NCBI GenBank assembly: GCA_964016885.1
Contig: CAXHJY010000961.1
Span: 62,001 to 126,000, forward strand
DNA: 64,000 nt
Origin: Eledone cirrhosa
Taxonomy: Eukaryota
Reading direction: 5' to 3'
This document shows, piece by piece, positions 1 through 13,027 of this stretch. Position 1 is the stretch's first letter, and every line of letters begins with the position of its first letter. The notes under the pieces were generated by a model. It was given only the letters and a program-made list of their open reading frames with translations, was not told where the DNA came from and did not search any database. A program made the position numbers and the translations under genes.

Positions 1-540
1 TTATGAACTTCACTAGACACACCTAAATTCTTCTAATTAAAGCAGTTATTCACAGAGAGTATTCTACAATTAATTGGAAGTTACTTGGTACTAAGACCAG
101 TGTCAATGTGAGAAAGATAATGAGTAGGAATAAATCTCAGATGTTGTTGGATAAAGAAAATAGGTGTAGGTTTAGCTTATGGTAGACTTCTCTCTCTCTC
201 TCCCAATATATATATCATCATCATCATCGTTTAACGTCCATTTTCCATGCTAGCATGGGTTATATATATATCATTTGCGCGGAGGTTTACATATTTAATT
301 ATTTAAATCTTTAACAGTTATGTAGTTATATGTTTATATTTTTTACTTGCCTTTATATATACTTATTATATTTATTATTATATTTTTTATACACCTTTTC
401 CTACGTACCCTCTCTATTATATGTAGTTTGTCATGTTACAACTTATGGTATATACATATTGAGTTTTGTCATAACTAATCACTGCCAAGACTGGAATTGA
501 ACCATTAGCACAGTTGAGGTATGTCATACATCAATTTATG

Positions 541-606
541 TATTTTATCTGAAGAGGATGTACTGATGAAATAGCTCAGTACCTCTGAAATATGTATAAT
601 AAAATA
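541..606 (+). ncRNA. Type I hammerhead ribozyme motif (family B), in a PLE-like terminal fragment (~480-748) ending in (TA)n
   Basis: tattttat-CTGAAGA-[stem II gtactga/tcagtac]-GAAA-tatgta-TA^-ataaaata. Stem I is 8 bp. Stem III is a near-palindrome (atatgtat, probably CpG-decayed atacgtat), as in minimal dimeric PLE HHRs. Homologous copy at 43876-43936. Confidence 0.6.
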
Positions 607-746
607 TATTTGATCACATGAATGTCTATATTTATTAATATTTTGAAGTAATATTAATAACTCCAGAAAACCTCTCGGTTGAGTGCTTCTAATCTATTGT
701 AAAACTTTATTCATTGATTAATCAATGAACCTTGTGAAACTTTTGG

Positions 747-822
<76 letters not shown>

Positions 823-990
823 AGAGAGAGAAAGGGAGAAGTTATATACATATGTATACATTTGTGTACACAGCTATACATACATGTGTGTGTATGAATA
901 GGTAGGTATAAATGTATGTATGTGTATATATAATTATATAATATTTAGATATATACAAAGACACATATGTATAGGTGTGCATATGTATAT

Positions 991-1052
<62 letters not shown>

Positions 1053-1228
1053 TGTATATATATATGCTTACACATTTTTGTATATGTAAAGTGTAAATAT
1101 ATGTATGTATATATAATATATACATAGGCACATATATGTTTGTATAAATGAATGTATATGTATGTATGTGTGTGTGTATATATATATATATATATAATGA
1201 GAGAGAAAGAGGACAAGAGAGAAAGAAA

Positions 1229-1294
<66 letters not shown>

Positions 1295-2084
1295 GCCTGT
1301 GTGTTGAGGAATATATATATATATGTGTTGATGTCTCAAAACACCATTTTTCAAGCTGATAAGCAACAAGACCCTGTTCTAACCCCGTATACACACAGCT
1401 CCTTCTACTCCTTTAAAATAATCAATTCATCAGAACATAGAACATATTTTGATCTTTATATTCAACCTCAGCCAAGAAACTCAGCCATAAATTTCATACA
1501 CATTAAGATTCTTCACACCCCAATAACTACAATTGGCCTTTACTTAGAAAACCCCAGCTTCAATAGATTCGAGGACTGAAAGAAACTTTTTGGCTGTCTT
1601 TTGTCTGCAATCTTCAAAATCCACTTTTATTTTCCTCTTCGTTCTTCTTTCTTCATCTTCTTTATATTTTTCTTCCTCACTCATCCTGATTTGTTGTTCT
1701 TCTTTTTCCTCTTTTCTTCCTCTCTCTCCTCTTCTCATCCTCTATGTCCTTCATCATCTCCTCCATATTCTCCTTCTCAATATCCTTCCTCTTCTTTTTC
1801 TCATCCTCATCCTTCCTCCTCTTCTCCTACATTTTTCTCCATTTTCTTGTCTCTTAACTCTTTCTTTTCCACATTTATTTTTTGGTTCATTCTTATTTTT
1901 TCTTTCCTGCCCCCTCATGGCCTAAATATTCTGTAGTGTCATCTGATCCAAAATCATTTGATCATTAAATATATAAACAGATTTCCACTTTACATAAAAT
2001 TATTTGCCTGATGAAGAGGAAATGAGAAACACTGAGTGGTTAGCAATGTAAACTTTGCTTTAAATGAATAATATGATGATGATG

Positions 2085-2420
2085 AATGGCCACTCTCTGT
2101 GGTTGAGCCTGTGGCAGTGGAGACTTCCAGCATTCTTGTTCTCCACCCCCTTTGAACCACATACCTACTCACTTGTATCAGAGTGAAGCCGAGATGGCTA
2201 CCTACCAGTGCAAGCCCCACACCTGTTATTTTTATCTAAAGACATTTTTTCCAATTCCAACCCGCCCGTCCCCTCAATCTATCTTCAATCTATTTCTCAT
2301 TCTTTCTTCTGATGAAGGACTAGCGTCTGAAACATTAAGACTCTCTTCCTGCTATATCAAGCGTTAACCTAATATATCACTTCCATATACTGTACCGATT
2401 GTGTTGTTATTTCTGTTTAC

Positions 2421-2428
<8 letters not shown>
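2085..2428 (+). mobile_element. Degenerate 3' fragment of a CRE-like RLE non-LTR retroelement, with 3' UTR and HHR motif
   Basis: 2098-2220 aligns by eye to the RLE coding region at 18800-18910 (minus): gtggcagtggagacttccagcatt vs ttggcagtagagacttctggtatc (VAVETSSIL / LAVETSGIL). Downstream 2300-2428 matches 18468-18590 (minus). Ends in (TA)n. Confidence 0.6.
2305..2340 (+). ncRNA. Minimal type I hammerhead motif (family A), degenerate stem III
   Basis: tctt-CTGATGA-a-ggac-tagc-gtct-GAAAC-att^-aaga. Consensus is inferred as GAAACGTT^ (palindromic ACGU). Confidence 0.55.
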
Positions 2429-2450
<22 letters not shown>

Positions 2451-2452
<2 letters not shown>

Positions 2453-2645
2453 GGAAAATGTATGACCCCAACGGCAGAGCTCAGGCCGTTTCAACGGCTA
2501 TTTCTGAGTCCAGAAATAGCCGTCGAAATGGCTTGAGCTCTGCCGTCGGGGTCATACATTTTCCTATTACCCACTCTACTACCCTAAGTATTGAGTACTC
2601 TGGTGCGTTATGGTCCATCTGATTCCTTACGACAACCTGTTCATT
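2451..2645 (+). mobile_element. Short fold-back element (family C): ~56-bp inverted arms plus ~80-bp unique tail, in (TA)n
   Basis: Arms 2451-2506 / 2511-2566, loop agtc. Tail contains 'ctaagtattgagtactctggtgcgttatggtcc'. Further copies at 43624, 58728, ~50555 and ~45238 (half). Confidence 0.75.
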
Positions 2646-3073
2646 ATATATATATATATCAGGAAAAATGGGAAAACTCGGCGTATAGAAGCTGTTAGAA
2701 CAGTAAAATACCGTGGGTAAAATATTAGTTCGGAGGACAGAGATCAGTGGCTAGATGTGAGTTGACTCGAAGGAAAGAAGAGAAGAGAGGAAAGAGGAAA
2801 AAGAAGGGATGAAGCGAACAGGTCACAAACATTAATATACATTCGTCAGGCCTCAAATAATGATAATAATATAATAATAATAATGGAATTAGTATGTACA
2901 TTGCTCAGGTGCACTACAACTTATCAAAGGTGCATGTATAGTACATAGAATAATGTACAAATGTCAGGAAAATAAACAGTGGACGAGTCATGAAATACAT
3001 GTGTGCGTGTGTATGGAGGGGGGGGGGCATCAGGTATAGTGTTGGCAAATCTCAGGAAGCACGGAGGTTTTAA

Positions 3074-3126
<53 letters not shown>

Positions 3127-3129
<3 letters not shown>

Positions 3130-3431
3130 GTATAAAAAGTGCTCAAGTGTAGAAATGCTATAAAAGATGGAAAAAGAATTTGCCAACGATCTCTTTGAGG
3201 AATGGAACCCCACATCTCCAGATACTGGCTACATGCTTTAACCTTTAAGCTAAGGAGCCAATAATAAACTTCTTCCAATCATTTGAACTACATATAAGTG
3301 GACAACAGCTTTTAGATGTCAGCAGAGAGACTGACAGACAGATATCCATGTGTAAACAATGTAGGAAGCTGAATTTTCAGCTTTTGAAGCCTTGAAAATA
3401 TATCTATGTATATATATATATATATATATAA

Positions 3432-3464
<33 letters not shown>

Positions 3465-3597
3465 TATAAAGAAAGTGTTCAAGTTCAGAAATGCTATAAA
3501 GATAGCTTATAAAATAGGGAGAGGACCCTTAAAAGACAGAAAAAGACTTTACCAATGACCACTATGAAGAATTGAATCTCATACCTTCCAGATACTG

Positions 3598-3600
<3 letters not shown>
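3127..3600 (-). mobile_element. Two copies of a tRNA-headed SINE-like repeat (3127-3270, 3462-3600)
   Basis: Minus strand reads ggctccttagcttaaaggttaaagc...ggttccattcc (A/B-box like). The block 'aagtataaa..aagtg.tcaagt..agaaatgctataaa' is duplicated. Confidence 0.45.
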
Positions 3601-3654
<54 letters not shown>

Positions 3655-3829
3655 TGAATATCTAGGTGTATATATATATATATATATACACCTAGATATT
3701 CACTAACATTGGGATAGTGAACCTCTGTTTAAGCTATTATAAAAAGAAAACTATCTCAAAGTACTGTAGGTAAATACCTTTTTATTGAATGACTTTAAGA
3801 ACTTACTATATAGTATCAATTTATAACTT

Positions 3830-4790
3830 TCTCAGTTGTACATGTGTTGAAAGTAAAGCAAGTAAAGCATGGGAAGAATCATTTAAGCCACAACTGTACA
3901 TGTCTACAACTGACTTCATCTAAGATTGCGTTTTGAAACAAATACAATTATATTATGAAAAAGTCATTTTCGTCTGCCAAGATCTGATCTATGATCGTGT
4001 GTTGAAACTAAAACAATTACAGTGAGAAAGAGTCATTTTCATGACCGTTGTACATGTCTGGCAGCTGACTTGATCTGAGACTGCATGTTGAATCTAAAGC
4101 AATTGAAGTGTAGAGGAATCATTTTAGCAACAGTTATACTTGACTGGACAAGTGACTTGCTCTAAGATAATGTGTTGAAACTAATGCAATTACTACATGA
4201 AATATTTATTTTAGCCACAATTCTACTTATCTGGCAAGTGACTAGATCTGAGACTGCGTTGAAATTAAAGCAATTACTACATGGAAGAGTCATTTTAGGT
4301 ATAGTTGTACTTTTCTAGCTAGTAATTTTATCTGAGACTGTGTGTTGAAATTAATGCAATTACATTTCGGAATACTCATTTTAGCTGCAATTGTACATGT
4401 CTGACTAGTGACTTGATCTGAGACTGTGCTGAAATTAATGCAATTACTGCATGGAAGAGTCATTTTAGCCACAGTTGTACATGTCTAGCAGCTCACTTGA
4501 TTTGAGACTGTGTGTTGAAACTAAACCAATTACCTTTTGCAAGAGTCATTTTAGCCACAGCTGTACGTGTCTAAGACCGTGTTGAAATTAAAACAATTAC
4601 TGTGAGGAGTCATTGTAGTCACAGTTCTATATGTCTGACTAGTGACTTGGTCTGAGACTGTGTTGAATTTAAGGCAATTATCATGTGGAAGATTCATTTT
4701 AACCATAGTTGTACTTGTCTAGCAAATGATCTGAGACTGTGTTGAAACTAAAATAATTATAGCCAAGCAGGAGTCGTTTTAACCATACAC
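3830..4790. repeat. Degenerate ~80-bp tandem repeat, ~12 copies
   Basis: Recurring unit cagttgtacatgtct..cagtgacttgatctgagactgtgtgttgaaactaaagcaattac...gagtcattttagcca. Confidence 0.85.
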
Positions 4791-5139
4791 ACACATTTTA
4801 CTTTATATTGATCACTTATTTCCCCCAAATCAAAATCTTAATGCCACAGTCAGTGACCTAGTGACTTACACAGTTCTAATGTAACTAACTTGGAATCTAG
4901 TAACTGACCAGTTTTAACAACTTCAGAGTTTTATATTTTTTCCTTTGTTCAATATATGTGGAGCTTTACACCTGCGCACACCTGCACACACAATATTTCA
5001 CATTCTTTGTCCCTCAGCAATAGTAATAGCTTCATTAAGTAGAATAAAAAAACAACTTACCATATTTTCTGTTAATTCACAATAAAAGTACTTGAGTAAG
5101 AAACACACACTTACCTACAAATAAAAGATAGAAAATTTG

Positions 5140-5262
5140 TTAGAAAATGTATTTTTATTAAAATTATTAATATTTGTTATTGTTATTTATATTATTTACA
5201 CTGTCCTTGTCTTTTGTATTGACCCTATATGTTGGCCCTTGTGGCCAATAAATGAAACTTAT
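5140..5262 (+). mobile_element. 3' UTR end of an L1/Tx1-like element
   Basis: Ends ...ttttgtattgaccctatatgttggcccttgtggccaataaatgaaa, resembling the terminus of the full-length Tx1 (gccctagtggcaaataaaagaaa). Confidence 0.5.
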
Positions 5263-5270
5263 GATTATAA

Positions 5271-5490
5271 GGGTGGTGGATTGGCAATATCGATGGTGGG
5301 TCGGACACCATGCTTTGCAACATAGAGTTACGACACTTTATGGTCTGAGTTCAAATCCAGCCAAGGTTAACTTTGCTTTCCATCTTTACGGGGTCGCCAA
5401 AATAAAGTACCAGTAATGTACTGGAGTCAATTTAATCGACCCCCCCCCCAGATTGCTGGCCTTGCGCCCATACTAGAAATCATTATTATT
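5271..5490 (+). mobile_element. tRNA-derived SINE (family S1)
   Basis: ggtggtggattggca...gagttcaaatcc (B box)...aaataaagtaccagtaatg...gctggccttg...(ATT)n tail. More than 12 copies in the window. Confidence 0.8.
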
Positions 5491-6132
5491 AATAATAGTA
5501 GTAGTAGTAGTTTATATATTTATATACATATATATAAATTTGGGTGAAGAAAACAGAAAAATGGATAAAAAACAGGACAGTTTGGTCTCACCAGTCAACC
5601 TCTGGAGGTCCTTGTCATTTCTTACAAATGAATCAGTTCTAGACCAGAATATGTGATTTCTATAATAAAATAGCTCGGGTCACCTCCTGATATACGTCAT
5701 CAGGAATCTCTCTCTCTCCCTTTCTTTATATATATATATAAATATATACAAAAACATGGGCTGTGTGATTACTGATAACGAGTGTTAGAAGGTAAGGGGA
5801 TACAAACAAGAGATGAAAAGTTTCCCTTTGTCAGCTATTTACTACGGGTCATAGATGTCTCAGCGCATATATCATCATCATCATTTTACGTCCGCTTTTC
5901 CCTGCTTGCAAGGGTGGGATGGGAACTGATTCTGGCTTGATTTCTACAGCTGGATGCCCTTCCTAACACCAACCTCATTTACAGCGGGTGCTGGGTGCTT
6001 TTTTGCCGTAGCACCTCCACGACCACTTTGCAGTGGAATGATATGGACTCCAGTCCCTATCATCTCATTTCTACAGCTGAGTAAACTGGAGCAATGTGAA
6101 ATAAAGTGTCTTGCTCAAGGAAACAACACATA

Positions 6133-6625
6133 TATGTGAAGTATCAGATCACAGGATCCTCAGTCAGCAAATGCGAGCACTGAACACTACACATCTAACC
6201 TCATGGATAGAGAGATTGCTAATAGACACGCTGGCCAGAGTAGGGCGAAATCACGTGTGATTTGCATCAAATAATGCAAATAGCACGGGATTTCGCCCTA
6301 CTCTGGCCAGCGTGTCTATTAGCAATCTCTCTATCCATGAGGTTAGATGTGTAGTGTTCAGTGCTCGCATTTGCTGACTGAGGATCCTGTGACCTGATAC
6401 TTCACATACAGGTGGTGAAACGAAGCGAGATTCGTATCAGCAAAATATAGTTATAAGGTTTGTGATTTAAAACTCTAATCCAGAGATTTGATTCTGAATT
6501 GTTTTTTTTCTATTTAATTGCTAACATGTAGAGATTGTTCTCTATACAGTAACGGTAAAATCACTCGTAATAATTCTTTACACACATCTCACTGTGTAAC
6601 ACACTTCTCTTTGTGTAATATATAC
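6133..6625 (+). mobile_element. PLE-like/retrozyme-like element with a 135-bp inverted 5' duplication
   Basis: Near-perfect hairpin 6133-6267 / 6274-6408 with a 6-nt loop, then a unique tail carrying the rest of an HHR and ending in (TA)n. Confidence 0.75.
6370..6444 (+). ncRNA. Complete monomeric type I hammerhead ribozyme; predicted cleavage after 6436 (GUA^)
   Basis: Stem I tttgctga/tcagcaaa (8 bp). Core CTGAGGA (6378-6384) and GAAA (6417-6420). Stem III acgaa-gcgaga-ttcgt, cleavage A6436. Stem II includes cctg/cagg and cc/gg pairs. Confidence 0.8.
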
Positions 6626-6784
6626 TTATATATATATGTATATATATATATATATATATGTATATATGTAGGTATATATATATGTATATATATATATATA
6701 TAGGCATATATATAGGTATATATATATATATAGGCATATATATATAGGTATATATATATATATATAGGTATATATATATAGAGG

Positions 6785-6815
<31 letters not shown>

Positions 6816-6989
6816 ATATATATAGGTATCATCATCATTTTACGTCTGCTATATATATATATATATATATATATAGTAGTGGATTGCAGTGAAGCTAGAT
6901 GAACCCTAAACACACAACCCAGCCCAGGAATGGACCCCGTGGCATTATCAACATATATACTATTAAACAATTAAACTTAGGTAAGATTG

Positions 6990-7510
6990 TTAACAACAAA
7001 AACAACAATAATAACAGCAACAACAACAACTGTACCAATAACTGCAACAACTGCAACAGCAACAATAACAATTACAACAAACAATAATAACAGCAACATC
7101 CACAACAACAATCACCACAACAATAGCCACCACAGCCACAATGACAACAATAAAAACACAAGCAACAACAACAACAACCACAGCTACCACCACAATAACA
7201 ACAACCACCACAATAACAACAACCACCCAATAACCACAACAACCACAACAACAACAACAACCACAACAATAACCACAACAACCACAACAACAACAACAAC
7301 CACAACAATAACCACAACAACCACAACAATAACAACAACCACCACAATAACCACGACAACCACAACAATAACAGCAACCGCCACAATAACCACAACAGCC
7401 ACAACAACCAGCACAACAACCACAACAGCCACAACAACCACCACAACAACCACAACAACCACAACAACAACCACAACAACATCTACCACAACCACAACCA
7501 CAACAATAGT
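6990..7510. repeat. (CAA/CAC/TAA)n compound trinucleotide repeat
   Basis: Direct reading; explains the poly-T/V/L ORFs. Confidence 0.9.
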
Positions 7511-7785
7511 TATATAGTCTAAGCCATTTTCTTTAGAAATTCTTCCTATCTTCTAAATTGTTCCTCAACATAGATTGAAATGTTTGTTTCTTTGTCAGAG
7601 AAGAAGACTGACTTTTTTTATTTAGCTACCTTTTTTTATAGTTATTTCATTTTTTCCTACTTTATTTGAGTGATGTGTGTGTATATATATATACACACAC
7701 ATATAATTGTATCTCTGTGTTTGTCTTTTTTCTCTTGAACTGTACATACACACACACACACATATATATATGTATATATATATAC

Positions 7786-7850
<65 letters not shown>

Positions 7851-8174
7851 TGGGTTGGCTATCTGCAGCTGCTTTCTATGAGCTGCTTGTTGTTGTTGTT
7901 GTTGTCTTCATTTACAAACCAATCACTGCACCTAGACTTTTGCCTTCGATTATAGATTATACACAATCAATGAATGAAAAATAAATAAAATTTCATAAAA
8001 TGAAACAGAAACAACAAATAAACAAACAAAAACATAGAAAATCCATTAAAAAATTCTTTTCATTATTGCTCCCCCACATCCACCTACTACTCCCCTACCA
8101 TACCACTCATGGATTTCAATTGGTTTTAATGAAGATTAGAGAATATTAGGTAGCTGGTTATATTCTCTGTTGGT

Positions 8175-9545
8175 TGGTTGATGGTATAGTTGTGGTGCTG
8201 GTGGTGGTTGTTGTTGATGGTATTGTTGTGGTGCTGGTGATGGTTGTTGTTGATGGTATTGTTGTTGTGTTGGTGGTGGTTGTTGTTGATGGTATTGTTG
8301 TGGTGCTGGTGGTGGTTGTTGTTGATAGTATTGTTGTGGTGCTGGTGATGGTTGTTGTTGATAGTATTGTTGTGGTGGTGGTACTGGTGGTTGTTGTTGA
8401 TGGTATAGTTGTGGTGCTGGTGGTGGTTGTTGTTGATGGTATTGTTGTGGTGCTGGTGATGGTTGTTGTTGATGGTATTGTTGTGGTGGTGGTGCTGGTG
8501 GTTGTTGTTGATGGTATTGTTGTGGTGCTGGTGGTGGTTGTTGTTGATGGTATTGTTGTGGTGCTGGTGGTGGTAGTTGTTGATGGTATTGTTGTGGTGC
8601 TGGTGGTGGTTGTTGTTGATAGTATTGTTGTGGTGCTGGTGGTGGTTGTTGTTGATGGTATTGTTGTGGTGCTGGTGGTGGTTGTTGTTGATGGTATTGT
8701 TGTGGTGCTGGTGGTGGTTGTTGTTGATGGTATTGTTGTGGTGCTGGTGGTGGTTGTTGTTGATAGTATTGTTGTGGTGCTGGTGATGGTTGTTGTTGAT
8801 GGTATTGTTGTGGTGCTGGTGGTGGTTGTTGTTGATGGTATTGTTGTGGTGCTGGTGGTGGTTGTTGTTGATGGTATTGTTGTGGTGCTGGTGGTGGTTG
8901 TTGTTGATGGTATTGTTGTGGTGCTGGTGGTGGTTGTTGTTGATGGTATTGTTGTGGTGCTGGTGGTGGTTGTTGTTGATGGTATTGTTGTGGTGCTGGT
9001 GGTGGTTGTTGTTGATGGTATTGTTGTGGTGCTGGTGGTGGTTGTTGTTGATGGTATTGTTGTGGTGCTGGTGGTTGTTGTTGCTGTTGATGGTATTGTT
9101 GTGGTGCTGGTGGTGGTTGTTGTTGATAGTATTGTTGTGGTGCTGGTGGTGGTTGTTGTTGATGGTATTGTTGTGGTGCTGGTGGTGGTGGTTGTTGATG
9201 GTATTGTTGTGGTGCTGGTGGTGGTTGTTGTTGATGGTATTGTTGTGGTGCTGGTGGTGGTTGTTGTTGATGGTATTGTTGTGGTGCTGGTGGTGGTTGT
9301 TGTTGATGGTATTGTTGTGGTGCTGGTGATGGTTGTTGATGGTATTGTTGTGGTGGTGGTGCTGGTGGTTGTTGTTGATGGTATAGTTGTGGTGCTGGTG
9401 GTGGTTGTTGTTGATGGTATTGTTGTGGTGCTGGTGGTTGTTGTTGCTGTTGATGGTATTGTTGTGGTGCTGGTGGTGGTTGTTGTTGATGGTATTGTTG
9501 TGGTGCTGGTGGTTGTTGTTGCTGTTGATGGTATTGTTGTTGTGG
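8175..9545. repeat. 36-bp minisatellite (gatggtattgttgtggtgctggtggtggttgttgtt), ~38 copies
   Basis: 12-aa periodicity in both ORF translations (DGIVVVLVVVVV; QQYHQQQPPPAP). Confidence 0.9.
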
Positions 9546-9639
9546 AGGTATTGTTGTTATTAATGGTGGGGGCTTGAAAATGTTGGAGTGGAGATTGGTA
9601 CTCATGGTACTGCTTGTCATGTAAGGTTGATAATATTGG

Positions 9640-10350
9640 TGATGGTGGTAGTGGTGGTGGTAGCAGTGATGTAGTAGTGGTGGTAGCAGTGATGTAGTAG
9701 TGATGTAGTAGTGGTGGTAGTAGTGATGGTGGTAGCAGTGGTGTAGTAGTGATGGTAGTAGTGGTGGTGGTAGCAGTGATGTAGTAGTGATGGTAGTAGT
9801 GGTGGTGGTAGCAGTGATGTAGTAGTGATGGTAGTAGTGGTGGTGGTTGCAGTGATGTAGTACTGATGGTAGTAGTGGTGGTGGTTGCAGTGATGTAGTA
9901 GTGATGGTAGTAGTGGTGGTGGTAGCAGTGATGTAGTAGTGATTGAAGTAGTGGTGGTGGTTGCAGTGATGTAGTAGTGATGGTAGTAGTGGTGGTGGTA
10001 GCAGTGATGTAGTAGTGGTGGTGGTTGCAGTGATGTAGTAGTGATGGTAGTAGTGGTGGTGGTAGCAGTGATGTAGTAGTGGTGGTGGTTGCAGTGATGT
10101 AGTAGTGATGGTAGTAGTGGTGGTGGTAGCAGTGATGTAGTAGTGATGGTAGTAGTGGTGGTGGTAGCAGTGATGTAGTAGTGATGGTAGTAGTGGTGGT
10201 GGTAGCAGTGATGTAGTAGTGATGGTAGTAGTGGTGGTGGTAGCAGTGATGTAGTAGTGATGGTAGTAGTGGTGGTGGTAGCAGTGATGTAGTAGTGATG
10301 GTAGTAGTGGTGGTGGTAGCAGTGATGTAGTAGTGATGGTAGTAGTGGTG
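9640..10350. repeat. 38-bp minisatellite (gcagtgatgtagtagtgatggtagtagtggtggtggta), ~18 copies
   Basis: The unit is not a multiple of 3, so the translation cycles through three peptides. Confidence 0.9.
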
Positions 10351-10769
10351 CTGTTAGTAGCAGTTGTAACTGGTAATGGTGGTAGTGCTGGTGCTGGTAA
10401 TGGTGGTGGCGGTTGTGGTTGCATGGGTTGTAGTGAGAAATAGAATGGAAAAAGAAAGAAAGCAAGAAAGAAAAAGTGGGGAGGGGTGTAGTCAGAAAAA
10501 CAATAGAAGAGGTTGAATGAAAAAATTAGGAAAGAAAAGCAGATGGGTGAGAAACAAAGAAAAAGAGAAAGAAATGTGACAGAAAAATGTGAAAAAATGG
10601 GAATAAATAAATAAATAAAATAAATAATTATAATATTAAATGAGAATAACGAGTAATTAGAAGTAAAAGAAAGCCAAAAAATCCCAGGTGAGGTAGGAGG
10701 ATGGTTTTAAAGTTGGAATAGAAGAAGGTTTGTTATAATGGTTTTTACATTGTGTATAGAATTGAGATT

Positions 10770-11820
10770 GTGGACACAATGACTGAATGGTTAAGGAGTT
10801 CACTTCACAATCATTACGTTTAGGGTTCAATACCACTACATGACATCTGAGGCGTCATTTAGGCCAATACCACTACATGATGACCTTAGGCCAATACCAC
10901 TACATGACATCTGAGGTCGATCAATGAATGTAACTGGGTAGACAAAAACAGTTTGGAATCTCGTCAGAAGAATTGTACACTGTTCTGGTAATTCAACTGT
11001 CCAACCTTGTCATTCACTTTATAATACTGATTCTCCCGCAGAATTATTATGCTAAAGGTACGCATATGTATGGAATGCTCAGCCACTTGTACATTTATTT
11101 CATGAACAGGCTGTCTCATTGATCAAACAACTGGATCACACATTGTCAAAAGTAATGGAGCTCCTTTGATTGATCAGCCAGGAAGAATAGACAGCTTTTC
11201 ACTTTTATTATTTTTTGTTAGAAATTCTTCTTTTTCTTCTTATTATTAGCTTTGCCTTTCAGCCTTACAAGCTCGATAAAATAAAGTACCAGTAATACAC
11301 TGGCGTCAATTTAATCGACTTTCCCCTACCACCAAAATCATTGGCTTTGTGCCTAAATCAGAAACCAGTAAAAGAGTGGTAGATTGGCAGTATCAGTGGA
11401 GCATTGGATAACATGCTTTGTGACATCAAGTTAAGGCCCTTTGCGTTCTGAGTTCAAATCCTGCCAAGCTTAGCTTTGCCTTTCATCCTCACAAGATCAA
11501 TAAATAAAGTACCAATAATACACTACAGTCGATTTAATCTGGCCTTGTTGCCTAAATCAGAAACCATTGTTATTAGTAGTAATAGTATTTTTATTAAAGT
11601 ACCAGTAATTCACTGGAGTTGATTTAATCGATCTTCCTCCTCCTCCAAAATTGCTGGCATTGTGCCTATATAAGAAACCATGCAGAGTCGTTAGAACATC
11701 AGATAGAATGCTTTATGGTATTTGTTCCAGCTCTCTGCTCTCAGAGTTCAAATCCCACCAGTAATGCACTGGGATAATTGCTGGCCTTGTGCCAAAAGTA
11801 GAAACAATTATTAGTAGTAA
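10770..11820 (+). mobile_element. Cluster of SINEs: one S2-type (10770-11165) followed by ~4 tandem/partial S1 copies
   Basis: tRNA-like head 'gactgaatggttaag...ggttcaatacc'; repeated 'aaagtaccagtaat.cactgg' cores. Confidence 0.7.
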
Positions 11821-12029
11821 TAATAATAGTATTTAGCACTATATACTTTTTGTTTGTTTCATCATTTGTTCTATTAAAATCTTGGCAAGAATATCTATTA
11901 ATCCTCCTCCTTGCTCCAACTCTACTTAATTTTACTTCATTTCAAACAGTTAAGACTCAGTGTTAAACAAATCTCCAGTAAACCTAACGGAAGAAAACAT
12001 TGCGACTTTGATGCATCAACCATTCTACA

Positions 12030-12590
12030 CATATCTTAGCATGTAACACACACACATATCTTAGCATGTAACACACATATCTTAGCATGTAACACACACA
12101 CATATCTTAGCATGTACCACACACACTACATGCGCACACTAAAAAGTTCCCTTTTAAAACACTCACACACACTACATACACACACTAAAAAGTTCCCTTT
12201 TAAAACACTCACACACACTACATACACACACTAAAAAGTTCCCTTTTAAAACACTCACACACACTACATACACACACTAAAAAGTTCCCTGTAAAAACAC
12301 TCACACACACTACATACACACACTAAAATTTCCCTTTTAAAACACTCACACACACTACATACACACACTAAAAAGTTCCATTTTAAAACACTCACACACA
12401 CTACATACACACACTAAAAAGTTCCATTTTAAAACACTCACACACACTACATACACACACTAAACAATTCTCTTTTAAAACACTCACACACACTACATAC
12501 ACAAACACAGAGTAAAAAGTTCCCTTTTGAAATACACACACTACATACAAGCACACATTAAAAATGTCCCTTTTATCATACATACAAGTT
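12030..12590. repeat. ~25-bp repeat (x4) followed by a ~46-bp minisatellite (~10 copies)
   Basis: Units acatatcttagcatgtaacacac and acactaaaaagttcccttttaaaacactcacacacactacatacac. Confidence 0.85.
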
Positions 12591-12928
12591 TCATTTTATC
12601 ACACATACACACACAACTTATAAAGCTTCCTTTTATAATCTAGAGTTAAATTACTTAATGAATTAATGAAAAAAAAAAAATACTGATGACGTTTGTACGT
12701 TCAAAACGTTTGTTTGTCCAAAACAACATAGATGAGGATAATTTAAAATTTAAATAATTAAACTTTGTTTCACAATTATTGGAATTGAAATAAAGTAGTT
12801 TTGGATAACGAGAAAGAAAGAAATAATGTATAATTTTTTTCTCTCCAAATCACACAAATTGATGCAACCTTTCATGGTCATGAGAACTGGTTGGTTTTCT
12901 GCATCACGTAAAATCTGGTTAACTGCAT

Positions 12929-13027
<99 letters not shown>

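Noticed and set aside
2004-2046. HHR-like ttgc-CTGATGA...GAAAC...TA-gcaa
   Set aside because: Stem II cannot pair and stem III is bulged; at best a decayed relic.
12678-12715. HHR-like CTGATGA-cgt-ttgt-acg-ttc-AAAAC-GTT
   Set aside because: The essential G12 is A, stem I is weak, and there is no second copy in the window.
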